64,000 nt of DNA, taken from the NCBI GenBank assembly GCA_951406725.2, contig OX597838.1, forward strand, positions 12,896,001-12,960,000, written 5' to 3'. The position numbers were made by a program, and so were the translations under genes. Position 1 is the stretch's first letter. Every line of letters begins with the position of its first letter. Positions 1 through 14,921 of this stretch are shown here, in pieces. The notes under the pieces were generated by a model. That model was not told the DNA's origin. It saw only the letters and a program-made list of their open reading frames with translations, and did no database searches. The DNA is from Octopus vulgaris. Lineage: Eukaryota.

Positions 1-428
1 GAAAGGTAGCAACATGTGGCTATGTGATGAAGTTGAAAGGAAATACCCTAACACTGCCATTTCAGCAAAGGATTCATTTCTCCACCTCTTATTTTGTTGG
101 GTGTGACTTTAATACTGTTGACAAGCTTAAGTAAGTCAGGTGACATGTAGTAGGACTGAACCTGTAATCACATGATTACAAAGCAAACTTTTAAATCCCA
201 CAGCCATGGCTACTGTCTCCATTGTGTTACATTTCACCTTGAACACCATATAATGCCTGTGGCAAGATATAAAGCACCAACCTGTTAGATGGAAGTTTAT
301 CATTACCTTTTCTATATAAACTGTTTGTATGACATTTGACCCTTTCCTCTACTTTGTATTGCTTTGTTTTGTGTGTGTGTGTGATATGTTTCAATGTTTT
401 TGTTTTTTTTTTTCTGACTATTTTCAAG

Positions 429-564
429 TCCCCTTCCGTTGCCTTCACCGAAGAATACCAAGTCGACTTACTGACTGCAACTCATGAAGCCCTTGACAAA
501 CGTATTGGGACATACCTGGCTGGAGAAATGGTCTGGAATTTTGCTGACTTTCAAACAGCTCAAG
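429..564 (+). CDS. GUSB: beta-glucuronidase (GH2), penultimate coding exon; gene starts upstream of the window
   Basis: AG acceptor at 427-428 after a T-rich tract; GT donor at 565 (caag|gtaaca). Translates [45 protein letters not shown], matching the GUSB FTEEYQ...GE(L/M)(I/V)WNFADF motif. The phase-1 end joins the next exon in frame. Confidence 0.95.
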
Positions 565-930
565 GTAACATAATAATAATAATAATAATAATAAAAACAA
601 ACATAACTTTCGGGGTTTTTTTTTTTCGGCATTCACTAGTACAACACTAAATATAAAACCAAATATATGGCACACTAAGCATAACAACAATACGAACTTC
701 CCACCTGTTGCCTCTTGAGGTCTCTGGGTGAGACTGGGAGCCAACTTGTACAAATATAAATCAAAAGTCAAGCATACAATAATAATAATAATAATAATAG
801 TAGTAGTAGTAGTAGTAGTTATAATAATAATAATTTTCAGTCTAGGTAAAAGTTACTTGTTATAACCCAATGTTAGGAATTTTTCTTTTCATACAATTTA
901 ATCTGTTGTGTGTATATGAAATAATAATAA

Positions 931-1090
931 CCCTTTCTATTATCGGCACAAAACCTGTAATTTTGTGGGAAGGGGCTTGTTAATTACATTGACCCCAGTT
1001 CTCAACTGGTACTTATTTCATTGACCACAAAAGACATATGAAATGCCACTAAGCATTTTGCCCAGTGCAGTAAAGATTCTGCCAGCTCAC
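931..1090 (-). mobile_element. old SINE family B copy (tRNA/CORE-type)
   Basis: Diverged reverse match to 8971-9202 (ctgccagctc head, gaccccagt..tggtacttattt core). Confidence 0.6.
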
Positions 1091-1099
1091 TGCACTGAC

Positions 1100-1100
<1 letters not shown>

Positions 1101-1141
<41 letters not shown>

Positions 1142-1533
1142 GTTTAGCGTCCGCTTTCCATGCTAGCATGGGTTGGACGGTTCAACTGGGGTCTGGGAAG
1201 CCAGAAGGCTGCACCAGGCTCCAGTCTGATCTGGCAATGTTTCTACGGCTGGATGCCCTTCCAAACGCCAACCACTTGTGAGTGTAGTGGGTGCTTTTTA
1301 CGTGCCACCGGCACAGGTGCCAGACGAAGCTGGCAAACGGCCACGATCGGATGGTGCTTTTTACGTGCCACCAGCATGAGGCCAGTCGGGGTGGCGCTGG
1401 CAACGGCCACGTTCGGATGGTTCTCTTACGTTCCACCGGCACTGGTATCACAGCTGCAATTTCCATTGATGTTGATCGATGTCGATTCTCACTTGCCTCA
1501 ACAGGTCTTCACAAGTAGAGTTTTGTGTCCCCG
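1101..1533 (-). mobile_element. family C: RTE-like LINE 3' end / derived SINE with (GAT)n tail
   Basis: (CAT)n then cgtttagcgtccgctttccatgctagcatggg...ggatgcccttcc..gccaaccac. Recurs at 4290, 28540, 39230, 47467, 50707, 54860 and 63296. Confidence 0.8.
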
Positions 1534-1749
1534 CAATTAAATTAGATAAATAGATAGATAGATATGTTTCTTTATTGGCCACACAGGGCTGAACACAGAG
1601 GGGACAAAATACAAAGTAGAGCTTTTCTTTTTGGGAAGAAGAAAAAAAAAGGGTGGGGGGTAAGAGAAGGGGTATCCACCTTCCTATTCAACATTCTTTC
1701 CTTTATTTAATTTTTTTTTTCCTTCACCATTGTATTGGAATGGGTTTAA

Positions 1750-1954
1750 CCCTTTCATTACCATATTTATTTTGAGATGCTCTGTGTTTCTTTCAATTAT
1801 TTTAAATATAACAAAGAATTTAGTAAAATAACTTAGTTACCATTAAGCTAATGTTAGGAACATAAATTGCAACTAAGGTTTGGTGGAAGATTTTAATTCA
1901 AAACTTAAGAAAACAAGACATTTGTACTACAGAGCCAGGTTGGTAACGAAAGGG
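1750..1954. mobile_element. piggyBac-like MITE in last GUSB intron
   Basis: TIRs ccctttcattacca / tggtaacgaaaggg, flanked by TTAA at 1746-1749 and 1955-1958. Confidence 0.8.
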
Positions 1955-2174
1955 TTAAGGATTGACCTCTTAAAAAAAAAAAACAGGTGTCTTTTTGCTT
2001 TCATTCTAACTCATTTTTCTCTCTTTTTCTTTTTTTTTTCACTTTCCTTTTTCCTCCTTTCTTTCTTTTTCTCCTCTGAGATATTTATTTAGCATACACC
2101 CCTTCCAAACATTCATGTATGATGAGCTTCTTTCAAACAAGTGTTTTACCTTTATTTATTGCCTCATATTTCAG

Positions 2175-2338
2175 GTGTAAAACGTGTGGCTGGGAACAAG
2201 AAGGGTCTTTTTACAAGACAACGGGAACCCAAATTTGCAGCCTTCCTTATTCGTAATCGGTACTTGGCACTTCAGAACAAAACTTCGGACACCGGCAGAA
2301 ATTGTATGAAAGATATTTTAAAGGATGTGAGATTGTAA
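2175..2338 (+). CDS. GUSB: beta-glucuronidase, last coding exon
   Basis: Acceptor tttcag|gt at 2173-2174. Gives (G)[29 protein letters not shown]...DVRL*, with the GNKKG(I/L)FTRQRxPK motif including the N-x-K glucuronide-binding motif. TAA at 2336-2338. Confidence 0.95.
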
Positions 2339-2413
2339 TTTGTTAGACATTTCTAAAAGATACTCTTTTAATTATATACATCATTTTTTTTAATTAAAAA
2401 AAAATTTTCTTAA

Positions 2414-2795
2414 TTTTTACTTGTTTCAGTCATTTTGACTGTGGCCATTCTGGGGCATCACTTTAAAGAATTTTAATTGGACGAATTGACCCTAGTACTT
2501 TCTTTTTTAAGCCTGGTACTTATTACATCAGTTTTTTTTTTGCTGAACTGCTAAGTTACAGGGACATAAGCACACCAACACTGGTTGTCAAGTGGTAGTG
2601 GAGGACAAACAGAAACATGGACACACACACACACACATATGATGGACTTCTTTCAGTTTCTATCTACCAAATACATTTGCATGGCTTTGGTTAGCCCAAT
2701 ACTATGATAGAAAATACTTGCCCAAGGTGCCACACACAAACCAGAGCCATGAGGTTGGGAAGCAAGCTTCTTGCCACACTGCCATGCCTGTGCCT
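2414..2795 (-). mobile_element. SINE family A, older copy just 3' of the GUSB stop
   Basis: Diverged reverse-complement match to 2981-3351 across head, microsatellite spacer and tail. Confidence 0.8.
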
Positions 2796-2980
2796 TTAGC
2801 CATGATGGAATTTTATAAAATCATATTTACTGATTAATTAATCCATTATTTAATATGTTGACCAATCAGTAGCTGGGATTTGATTAAGAAATGTGTCCTG
2901 CTCACAGAAATAGTTTGGAAGTTGAAATATTTCAGCTATGAATATCCTCATAAATGATTCTTTTAAAATTATTATTAATA

Positions 2981-3351
2981 TAGGCGCAGGAGTGGCTGTG
3001 TGGTAAGTAGCTTGTTTACTAACCACATGGTTCCGGGTTCAGTCCCACTGCATGGCACCTTGGGCAAGTGTCTTCTACTATAGCCTCGGGCCGACCAAAG
3101 CCTTGTGTGTGGATTTGGTAGATGGAAACTGAAAGAAGCCTGTCGTATATATGTGTGTGTGTTTGTCCCCCTAGCATTGTTTGACAACTGATGCTGGTGT
3201 GTTTATGTCCCCGTTACTTAGCGGTTCGGCAAAAGAGACCGATAGAATAAGTACTGGGCTTACAAAAGAATAAGTCCCAAGGTCGTGTTGCTCGATTAAA
3301 GGTGGTGCTCCAGCATGGCCGCAGTCAAATGACTGAAAAGAGTAAAGAGTA
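2981..3351 (+). mobile_element. SINE family A (tRNA-derived, internal (TA/TG)n, (GAGTAAAA)n tail)
   Basis: A-box tggctgtgtgg and B-box ggttcagtcc; tail ggtgctccagcatggccgcagtcaaatgactgaaa; more than 15 copies in the window. Confidence 0.9.
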
Positions 3352-3844
3352 TAGCACTAATTTGCATAAATTTATGATTGACATATCTTTATAAATTCAC
3401 ATAACTAAATATTCTTACATCTAACAACAAAAAACAAAAAAAAACACTATGATTAAAGGTTTCCATTCATTTAAAGACAAATATTTTTGAATGAGAGATT
3501 TACATCACAGAACTAGTAATGGTTTCCTCTGGGTTCTTATCAAAAAGGTCAAATTACATGTAAGACACTTTCAAACAAATCATATCTATATTTCTTTATG
3601 AATGGAAAACTCATTACCATTCTCTATTTTCTTTTGATAAAGAGATTTTAACCCCAAAATATCAAAATATAAGGTTGAATGTAAAACTCATTTTATTTTC
3701 CCTCTGCTTCTATCCTTTTTTGTTTTCCCCCCCAATTTGCATTGTACAAACTTTGAAAACAATTTTGACAACTTTATCACACAGTACTTCATTCCAACTA
3801 TGCTACTGTAATAATTGAAGGGCATTTCTAAAAAAAATTATGTA

Positions 3845-4224
3845 AGGCGCAGGCGTGGCTGTGTGGTAAGTAGCTTGTTTACCAACCACATGGTTCCGGG
3901 TTCAGTCCCACTGCGTGGTACCTTGGGCAAGTGTCTTCTACTATAGCCTTGGGACGACCAAAGCCTTGTGAGTGGATTTGGTAGACGGAAACTGAAAGAA
4001 GCCTGTCATATATATATGTGTGTGTGTGTGTTTGTCCCCCTAGCATTGCTTGACAACCGATGCTGGTGTGTTTATGTCCCCGTTACTTAGCGGTTCGGCA
4101 AAAGAGACCGATAGAATAAGTACTGGGCTTACAAAAGAATATGTCCCGGGGTCGAGTTGCTCAATTAAAGGCGGTGCTCCAGCATGGCCGCAGTCAAATG
4201 ACTGAAAAGAGTAAAAGAGTAAAG
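3845..4224 (+). mobile_element. SINE family A
   Basis: Near-identical to 2981-3351. Confidence 0.9.
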
Positions 4225-4289
4225 TTATGTAAAATAGTTTGACTGACTGAATTAAAAAGCTCCACTTCAGCTGAGATAAATAGTTTCAT

Positions 4290-4524
4290 AAGCACCATCC
4301 GTTCGTGGCCGTTGTGCCAGCTCTGTCTGGCACCTGTGCAGGTGGCACGTAAAAAACACCCACTACACTCGCGGAGTGGTTGGCGTTAGGAAGGGCATCC
4401 AGCCGTAGAAACACTGCCAAATCTGACTGGGCCTGATGAAGCCTTCCAGCTTCACAGACCCCAGTTAAACCGTCCAACCCATGCTAGCATGGAAAACGGA
4501 CGCTAAATGATGATGATGATGATG
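4290..4524 (+). mobile_element. family C RTE-tail element
   Basis: Reverse complement of 1101-1350, ends in (GAT)n. Confidence 0.8.
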
Positions 4525-5576
4525 TGCCTTATCTAACAATACAAGACAATTCTTAGAGTAAAATTTGATCTCACAACCATATAGTCAGAAGTTCTCTATC
4601 TCTTATCACTTTCATTACTATATCTCTACTGAAATATATTGCTTTCATTTCAATGAATTTTGAAAATAACAAAAATAATGAAGAATTAGATAAAATAATT
4701 TTGTCATTATTATAAGTTAGTATTTGGAACATAAATTAGCATGAAATTTTTATGGACATTTTTTTTTTTAAATAAGTTCCTTTTCAAACAGGAATTTAAT
4801 ATCATAGAAACCAGGGGTAGTATATCAAAAGGGTTCATTTCAGAACTTCTTGAATTAAATTTAGCTCATTTAATGCTAACTTGCCTAAAACTGTCTCTAA
4901 TAAAGTGTCAAAATTTAATCTCAAGTCTTGGGCTGAAATTTCATTTCTCTAAATTTATCACATGAAAGGTAACGTGAGATTTTAATATGTAAATATTTTA
5001 TCTTTTATTAGGGTAGTTATTTCATTAGGGCAGTGAATTGATAGAATTATTAGTCTTTTGTCCCTCTGGGGTTTATAAAATAAGTACCAGTCAAGTTCTC
5101 GGGGTCAATGTAATTGACTTAATCCCCTCTTTTTTTAAATTGCTGCCCTTGTGTCTACAGTATTGGCTTACCCCTTTCCCCCCACAAATGCTGGTTTTGT
5201 GCCTAAATTAGGAATTAAAGAAATTTATTTTGGTAAACCTCAAATGATTCCTGATTATTTTGGAAATCTCATCTCATCTCATTTCATCATTCTTTGCCCA
5301 CTTATTCTTGGGTGGGGTGGGTCATCATGGGGGCAGAGTCTTCAAGCATACCTTTCATCTGGTCCTGCCAAAAGCAGGATCCAGCTGCATTCCCAAGTGA
5401 GACTGGCTGAGCTCATAGATATTATTCCAACCATCTCGCTCGTAGTCTTCCCCTGAGTCTCCTCCTGGTTGGTTTTGCCCATAAAAGCTGTCCAGCAATT
5501 CTTACCACATATCCATAGTATCGAAGCTGTGATATCTCAATCTGGAAATTGAAGCAAAATGTATTCTTATTAGGAA

Positions 5577-5873
5577 CTAGCAGTATTGCCCGGCGTTGCT
5601 CGGGTTTGTAAGGGAAATAACTATATAAGCATTTTTAGAGAGTTACTTCCCTTATATAATAGCAAAAGTGCATTAAAAATGGGAAAAAATGATGGTAATT
5701 TTTTTTTTAAATCCTAGACTCATCGTAGACGCGTGCTAATACCCAGAAGGGCTCGATATGGATCACGACTATAAGATACCCGGTTTTGGTTAAACTGCAC
5801 CGCAAAATGTGGGAGTAGTTAGGAATCTAAATCGGAGTAGACAGACACACAACTTCACTTTTATATATAAAGA
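5577..5873 (-). mobile_element. non-autonomous Helitron
   Basis: Minus strand starts TCtttatatataaaag and ends acccgagcaacgccgggcaatactgCTAG (subterminal hairpin plus CTAG). Inserted between A5576 and T5874 with no TSD. Confidence 0.85.
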
Positions 5874-7004
5874 TATGGTCCCAGAAGGGTCAATATTACA
5901 CAACCCATTCCTTATTTCTAAAGCATTTAAAAGAAAAAATAAAAGCCCCAAAACAAATTAGTCAATGAGGAAGGCTCTGCATGGTCACCTGACATACTAG
6001 ATATAACAGTTAAGTCTACATCAAATGTTCAACATTTTCTGACTCATAGAGGGTCAGCTATTGAAGATAGTGTAGGCCTATATAGTCCTTAAGAGACTGG
6101 ATGGTCATGGCTTGAAAGCCATTGAGCTTAATCAAGGTTAAACTGTGAATAATGAACAGCAGTAGCAAAAGACTTGGATGGTCGTGGTTGGAATGCTCTT
6201 GAACATATATCTGCCCTGGTGCTAAACCACATTACAAAAAAAAAAAAAAACTCTATGCTATGAAGTCAGATAAGTTCCCTACATCATTCTCTCTTCCATA
6301 AATGGCTCTCTCTATATTTTTTTATATCAGAAATAAAGTTTTGTTAAAAAAAGAAAAAATTGTTTTTGTTATTTTTACTATTGCATGTGGCAAAACTATA
6401 AAAAAAGTATGGCTGTGCGGTTAAGCAGTTTGCTTTACAACTACATGGTCTCGGGTTCCGTTTGACTGCAAGGCACTTTGGACAGGAATCTTCTATAATA
6501 GCCTTCGGCTAAATGATACCTTATGAATGGAATTATTAGATGGAAACTGTAAGGAAGCTTGTAGGCATGGCTGTGTGGTGAAGAATCTCACTTTGCAACC
6601 ATGTGGTTTCGGGTTGAGTCTCAAGGCACAGCACCCTGTGCAAGTGTCTTCTACATAAGCCTCATGCTGATCAGTGTCTTGTGCGTGAATTTGGTAGATG
6701 GGTTAGCCCATTGTGTATTATGTGTGTTTGTATTTGTCCTTGCCAAATGAACAAAGCTTGATAACTGGTGCTGGTTTGTTTTTGTTCACATAAAGGCCAG
6801 GAGCTGCACCAGGTTCCAAATCTGTATTGGCCTGGTTTCTACAGCTGGATGCCCTTCCTAACACCAACTTTACAGATGCTTTTTATGTGGCACCACCACC
6901 AATATGTTTTACGTGGCACATCAATTTTAGGATACAATTCTGTTGTGGTGGGTGGGGGTTTTTGTGAGCACAGCAATGTGCCACATATCTTGGTCCTTTT
7001 TTAA

Positions 7005-7205
7005 CCCTTTAGTGTTCACATTATTCTGCCAAAATTAATCCTTTTTTATCCACATTGTTTTGAATTAATCATGCATTATCTTGTAGCTATGAGATTTTGA
7101 TGAGCAATATTGTAGGGTTGGTGTGAGAGACCAGATCTGGCCAGTTTGAACATAAAACAGGCAGAATGCTTTTGGCCGGATATGGCCGGTTTAAATGCTA
7201 AAGAG
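7005..7205. mobile_element. piggyBac-like MITE (family 2)
   Basis: TIRs ccctttagtgtt / aatgctaaagag; TTAA at 7001-7004 and 7206-7209. Second copy at 59702-59921; partial copy near 11884-11950. Confidence 0.8.
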
Positions 7206-7209
7206 TTAA

Positions 7210-7440
7210 GGCCCGATATTTTGAGATTGGCCTTCAGTACTTTGTCCCGTGTCTTCCTGGGTTTCCCTCTTCCACAACTTCCCTCCACTTTAAGTGATTG
7301 CCACTTCTACATGAAGCCGTCCTCATCCATCTGCATTACATAACCAAACCAGTGCAGTCTTCTCTCTTACACACTGCATCTGATCCCTCTTATGCCTAAT
7401 TTTTTTCTCAATACATTAATGCTCTGTTGCACATGCAGCA
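7210..7440 (-). mobile_element. RTE-clade LINE ORF C-terminal fragment
   Basis: Minus translation EGSCGRGKPRKTRDKVLK resembles the RTE G-x-R-x-RGRPRKTW motif; WFGYV motif upstream. Confidence 0.7.
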
Positions 7441-7925
7441 GAAAAAAATCACACAGGGTCCTTAATGCAAAGATAACCCTCCATAAGCAAATTTTGTCCT
7501 TGACACTTACCACCATATCCTAATTTTTTCTTTGAATATGCTTTGCCGAAATTGGGGTGCATCCAGGGCTGGAGTTATGTATGGACCAATATAAGCCATT
7601 GCTCCTTAGCCTGGGGATCCCTTTAACTTAGAAGTCTAAAGTTTAGACAGCAATCAAATGAATAATGAAATTTTTAAAAAAATATTGATCTTTTAAAATA
7701 ATTGAGTCCTCTTTTGATTTTTAGGACCTTTTTAGATTTAAAAGGGCCATTAAATTTAACTGAGTCTCTAAAACTTCTGAGGCCCTTTTTCAATTTTCAG
7801 GCTGGTACTTATTCTATTGGTCTCTTTTGCTAAACTGCTAAATTACAGGGACATAAACACACCAACACTGGTTGCCAAGCATTGGTGGCGGACAAACACA
7901 GATACTAACACACACACAACGATAT

Positions 7926-7957
<32 letters not shown>

Positions 7958-8034
7958 GTGTATATATATATATATTACTTTCGCAATTTTGCAGCCTAAA
8001 ATAGGACACAGCAGTACACACACACACATACGCA

Positions 8035-8073
<39 letters not shown>

Positions 8074-8970
8074 AGAGGCGAGCGGCTAATAATTTGTTCC
8101 AGTCATAAGCACGTGGCTATGTCTTTGGCTTGGCGCCAATTCTTGGTTCAAAGTGAACACGTGCTCTCACGAAATCTCAAGATTTTGTCTTTATCTCCTC
8201 CAATTACTTTTGAACCGATTCCATCTGTCTTTGCTGCTGTTGCCGTCAAACACAGTTGCAATAGGTCAGAGCCAATGAGAGGGCCTCTACATTGTCACTC
8301 AACCTATTAGAAATAGTAGCCAAATCGTCCTTAAATCGTATTCGTATCCTTCTTATAGAGAAGAGAAGTACAAAACCAGAGTCCGAAGAAACCAGTTGTT
8401 GTCGTTGTGATGGTGGTGGTGTGTGTCGGCAAAAGTTCTGGATAAGTTAGAATTCTCTTCTCTCTCTATACCCACGGCGTTCAGGTCTTATGCAAATTTA
8501 CGACCCCCACCTTTAAAACAGATACACACACAGACATAGACACAAAAGGAAGGGCACATTGCATAATGCAGTCGCTGATACACTATGCCTAAAACGAGAA
8601 GGAGAAAGAGAAAAAAAAACAAGTAAAACTGGGATGATCAAAGCTGGAAAATCTTTGATCGTAAAGTCTGCTCGACAGGACTGACATGATGGCGGGAGGC
8701 AGGGGTCTATACAAGAACGTATACCCTCTAAATTTATGAGTACCCAACCTTTTTCAAAATCTCGTCGCTCTCAGAAGTCTTTTTTTTTTTTAAATATCGT
8801 GTCGCAGCTGTTTGATAGAATGAAGGAGGAAGGGGAGATGTCAAAGGAAATGTTAAAAACATACATTATGTAGCATCAGACGACAGAGGGGATCCTCCAT
8901 ATAGTTACATGAAATGCTAGAAATAACAGTGCCCTCTCCTGAAGAATGAGCATCAACGGTTTCTGAAAAT

Positions 8971-9202
8971 GAGAGGCGAACTGGTAGAAACGTTAGCACG
9001 CCGGGCGAAATGCGAATCCGTATTTCGTCTGCCGTTACGTTCTGAGTTCAAATCCCGCCGAGGTCGACTTTGCCTTTCATGTTTTCGGGGTCGATAAATT
9101 AAGTACCAGTTACGCACTGGGGTCGATGTAATCGACTTAATACCTATGTCTGTCCTTGTTTGTCCCCTCTGTGTTTAGCCCCTTGTGGGTAATAAAGAAA
9201 TA
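8971..9202 (+). mobile_element. SINE family B (tRNA head, CORE-like centre), with TSD
   Basis: gagttcaaatccc B-box; gtcgactttgcctttcat..ggggtcgataaattaagtaccag core; 13-bp TSD ggtttctgaaaat at 8958-8970 and 9203-9215. Confidence 0.9.
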
Positions 9203-9767
9203 GGTTTCTGAAAATTAACCTTTCGACGGATTGGCGTTCTTCCGGGGTTGTTTTTTTTGTATTCCCAGCATAAACGCTTTGAAAATCCAATCCTATTAAG
9301 CTTCAGGCAGATTGTTCTCCGGATAGACTGTAGAGGGTGTGGTTTTTAGGCTGTAGCTTGTTGAATTTATCCAGTTTGGAGGTTATTGAACACTTGTGGA
9401 TAGAAAATTGTGTTGGCTGCAGTTCACTGCAGTAACAATTTCTGCGTCTCAGATTTTGAATTTTATTGGTTTCAAGAAGCTATCAATGAGAATTTATCGG
9501 TTTGGAGAAGATAACTGCTGGCGGAAAAACAAAAAACAGAACAGAAAAGACGTGGGGTGGTGATAAAACTCCATGGGGGTAAGACGTGTAAACTCTTAGT
9601 TTGTCCGCCCCTCTCGGCGCCCTCCTCTCCGGTAGGACAATAATAGTTAACCACGATAATAACAATATTGATTAGGGAAAAGTACAGCGTTTTTGGTTCT
9701 TATATTTCCTTTGTTGTTTCAACCAGCGATAAACAATTTTATTTCCCAATTCGTATATCATTTAGTT

Positions 9768-11470
<1,703 letters not shown>

Positions 11471-12621
11471 GTCAGGTCTCTTCAAACCGGAAGCAGCCTG
11501 GCCCTAGTGCTTGTCCTAGAGTCAGTCCTGTCGAAGACACTCGAAGTCTGGGATGGGTAAAGTGACATTAAACCAGAAGACGGACTGAATTTGCAACAAC
11601 CTTGTCCATCCCTTCTTCTCCCTTAAAACCCCGGTAAAATTACAGCAGTATGACCCTCCCCCACCCGCTTTCTTACCTCATAACCTTCTCAAAAATGAAT
11701 AAGCAGAACGAGGGGACATTTGGGATAGGAGTCGTTGAATAGGTCACAGGATGTGAGACGAAAGAACTTTGACAAAGTAACTAAAATGATAATAATAATA
11801 ATAATGAAGCTGAAGTGAAGATCAAATATACAGTGCGTGTGTTTAATTGGCAAAATATGACCGTCCCCAAGTATAACCATATTTTAACTCTTTAACATTT
11901 AGACCACCCATATCTGGCGAAAATATTCTCCCTGTTGTGTGTTCAAACCGGTCAAATGACTGAAACAAGTAAAAGAGTAAAAAGAGTAAAGAGTATTGTT
12001 TTACTCTTGTATTTAATCCATCCCATGGTCTCTTAGCGCTTAGATCCTCCAGTGCAGTCAATACAGCAGGCAACGAGCCTACTCCAATAGCTCGCTTTCT
12101 TCGTGACTCCACTCGGGCCAACTCTCAACGCTGTCGTGTCGTCATGGAACGTACAGTACCATCTCTACTTTAGTCTTCCACTCGTTCTATTTCCTCTTCC
12201 CAGCGTCTACATTCTTTCAACCACTTGAATTATCTAAAACTCTTAAAAAGATAAGCCTCTTATTGTCATTTCATTGGGCCGACACCGAAGAGGGTTGTTG
12301 ACATGACCAAAAAGGAAACTTCCACCTAACGTTTGAATTCTTGATACATTCTTCGATCCAGTTTTGTCATCTTCCGAAGTGAAGGATGATGGCATTTCTT
12401 TACAATGTCCGTTTGCCATTTCAGTCGCCGTCCGGTACAGAACAGCAACGTGGCCCTGCCGTTTATGAAAAAAAGAAGAAAAAAAATGCAAATATGTATT
12501 TCTTAGATTTAAAAATATTTCTTCACATACACACACTCTCCCCTTCCACACATACATTCATAAAAGTTAAAAATGGAGATTGAAGACAGGACATATATGT
12601 ATATATACATACCGGCATATA

Positions 12622-12780
12622 TAGTTAGTTAATCCAAACAAGAAAGCACAAAAAACACAACAACGCGAGGACGTGGAACAAATATAGTATTATTGGACGC
12701 TCAGGAAAGAAGGAGGGTTTAACGTTTCGAGCGGAGCTCTTCGTCGGAAACATAGGAGAAGGAAAGATCCAAGGGAAGAC
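12622..12780 (-). mobile_element. Penelope-LTR-like short element between (TA)n tracts with hammerhead-like motif
   Basis: Reverse complement of 44086-44275; motif at 12717-12751. Confidence 0.65.
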
Positions 12781-12791
12781 ATATATATATA

Positions 12792-13893
12792 TATCAGGTC
12801 ATCCCATAAGTCCAGTCCGAATTTTGAATAAAGAAAACAAGTGATCAAATGTTATATTCAATTGAAATTTAGTCATCAATGTACTTTTCCTGATTATCTA
12901 TGACTTCCTTCCATCAATTTACAAGCTTTTTAATCCCATCAATGTAAAACTCATTTGGTTTCAAAGCGAAGAAGTGTGAAATGTCAGTTTCGACATCCTC
13001 CTGACTTGCGAAAGTTATGTCCCCCAAATGATTTTGTAAGCTACGAAACAAATGGTAGTCTGAAGGAGCAAGGTCGGGAGAATAGGGTGGATGAGGAATT
13101 TTTTCCCAACCAAGCTCTTCGATCTTCTGTGATGTGATCTTTGCAGTGTGGGGTCGCGCATTGTCCTGATGAAACATCACTCCTTTTTGATTCACTAAAG
13201 CGGGTCTTTTCATCAAAGCTTGGTTCAAACGCTCTAATTGCTGACAGTAGACTTGAGCATTGATTGTTGCATTAGGTGGTAACAATTCAAAGTGAATTAT
13301 TCCTTTGCAATCCTACCAGAGAGAGAAGAACCTTTTCCCAATGAAGTTCCCTTCTCGGTTGTGGTTGAGCTTTTCCCCTTTTACCAAGCCACTGCTTACG
13401 ACGTTTAACATTTCGATAGAAGATCCATTTTTTGTCACCAGTCACAAGTCTATCCAAAAAAGTTGAAATGAATTTGCGAGAATAGAGAGAAGAGTAGATG
13501 TCAACTCGGGATTTGCGGTTGCTTTCAAACTTTTCATGAGGCACCCATTTTCCAAGTTTAGGAACCTTTCCAAGTTGTTGAAGATGACGACGAACAGTTG
13601 TATGGTTAGAATTAAGCTTTATTGCCAATTCTTCAACTGATAATGCAAGATTTTCTTCAAGTAATGCCTCAAGGAGCTTATCATCAAACTCAACTGGACG
13701 TCCTGTTCGATCTTCATCTTCAAGGCTGAAATCTCTACTTCTAAATTTTGCAAACCATCTTCTGCAAGTTCTTTCATTCAAGCATTCTTTACCATAAACT
13801 GAGTATATGTTTCGAGTCACTTCGGCTGCAGAGTTTCCTTTTTTTGTACCCATAAAGCATTATGTGCCTCAAATGCTGTTTGGATCCTTCCAT
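12792..13893 (-). pseudogene. decayed mariner (DD34D) transposon
   Basis: ATG at 13893 (MEGSKQHLRHIML), WVPH, TGD(K)KW, HQDNARPH and YSPDLAPSDYHLF motifs; frameshifts and an internal stop; original stop ~12869. One TIR-like end (tatcaggtcatcccataagt) at 12792; the other end is lost. Confidence 0.92.
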
Positions 13894-14409
13894 GTTAGAA
13901 AGGGTTTTGTATCAGGGGATCGATTCGCTCGACTAAAAAAATTCAAGGCGGTGCTCCAGCATGGCTGAAGTCTAATGACTGAAACTATATATAACTTTTT
14001 AAATCTTACTTGTTTCGGTTATCAGACTACGGCCATGCTGGGGCACCACCTTGAATTTTTTTGAGATCTTGCTCCTGCTTTTATTTTCCTTTATGCCCAC
14101 TTAAACATGGATGATCTGTTAGAACAAACTATACTGCAGTTATTACCATGGTAACTACCATAGTATAGTTTTGTCCCAACCAGGAAACTACGTTTAAGTC
14201 GCAAATAAATATTTTTCAACATTCTTACGTGTTTTTACTTGTTTCTAGACTTCTTGGTTTTGTATGTATCATAGCGTTGTTGTGCAAGTTGTGACGACAG
14301 GCATTAAATTTCAGCGCAGTCATTTTTGTTGACAGCCGTTGTCTTTAACTGACAGCATAAGATAATTTGCTATCTACAACTTGACAGTTACCATGTATGT
14401 GTGTGTGTG

Positions 14410-14476
<67 letters not shown>
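14410..14476. repeat. (AG)n microsatellite
   Basis: Directly visible. Confidence 0.95.
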
Positions 14477-14479
<3 letters not shown>

Positions 14480-14880
14480 CGAATAATTTTAAGCAGTGTT
14501 AAATAAATATCTTATTAGTAAGTTAAATGTGTTAACTTATTTCTGTTAATTGTTCCCTTCCCATCTTACTAACTTTCATTACTTTCGAGACAGTACTTCT
14601 TGCTACACCAAACATTTCGGCTGTTTTCGTTACGCTAGCGCCTGCCATACGAGCACCAACAATTTGACCTCTTTGAAAAGTCCGATAGATCTGTCATTTT
14701 AATGAAATTTAATAACCTTTTTTCTGATGATATCTGAAAAGAAACAGCAATTTTAGCAAAACATATTAAGCAACATCAATAATAGATTAAAAAAACCCAT
14801 AAAAATAAACAAAGCTTTTGACGGTTTTATTGATATTTCAAAATTATGATGCTAGGTGTTTCCATTATTATGTCCAATCC

Positions 14881-14919
<39 letters not shown>

Positions 14920-14921
<2 letters not shown>

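Noticed and set aside
2327-2338. C-terminal VRL of GUSB as a peroxisomal signal
   Set aside because: Does not fit the (S/A/C)(K/R/H)L consensus; GUSB is lysosomal.
2981-3060. tRNA-like sequence at SINE heads
   Set aside because: A/B boxes only, no complete cloverleaf; part of SINEs.
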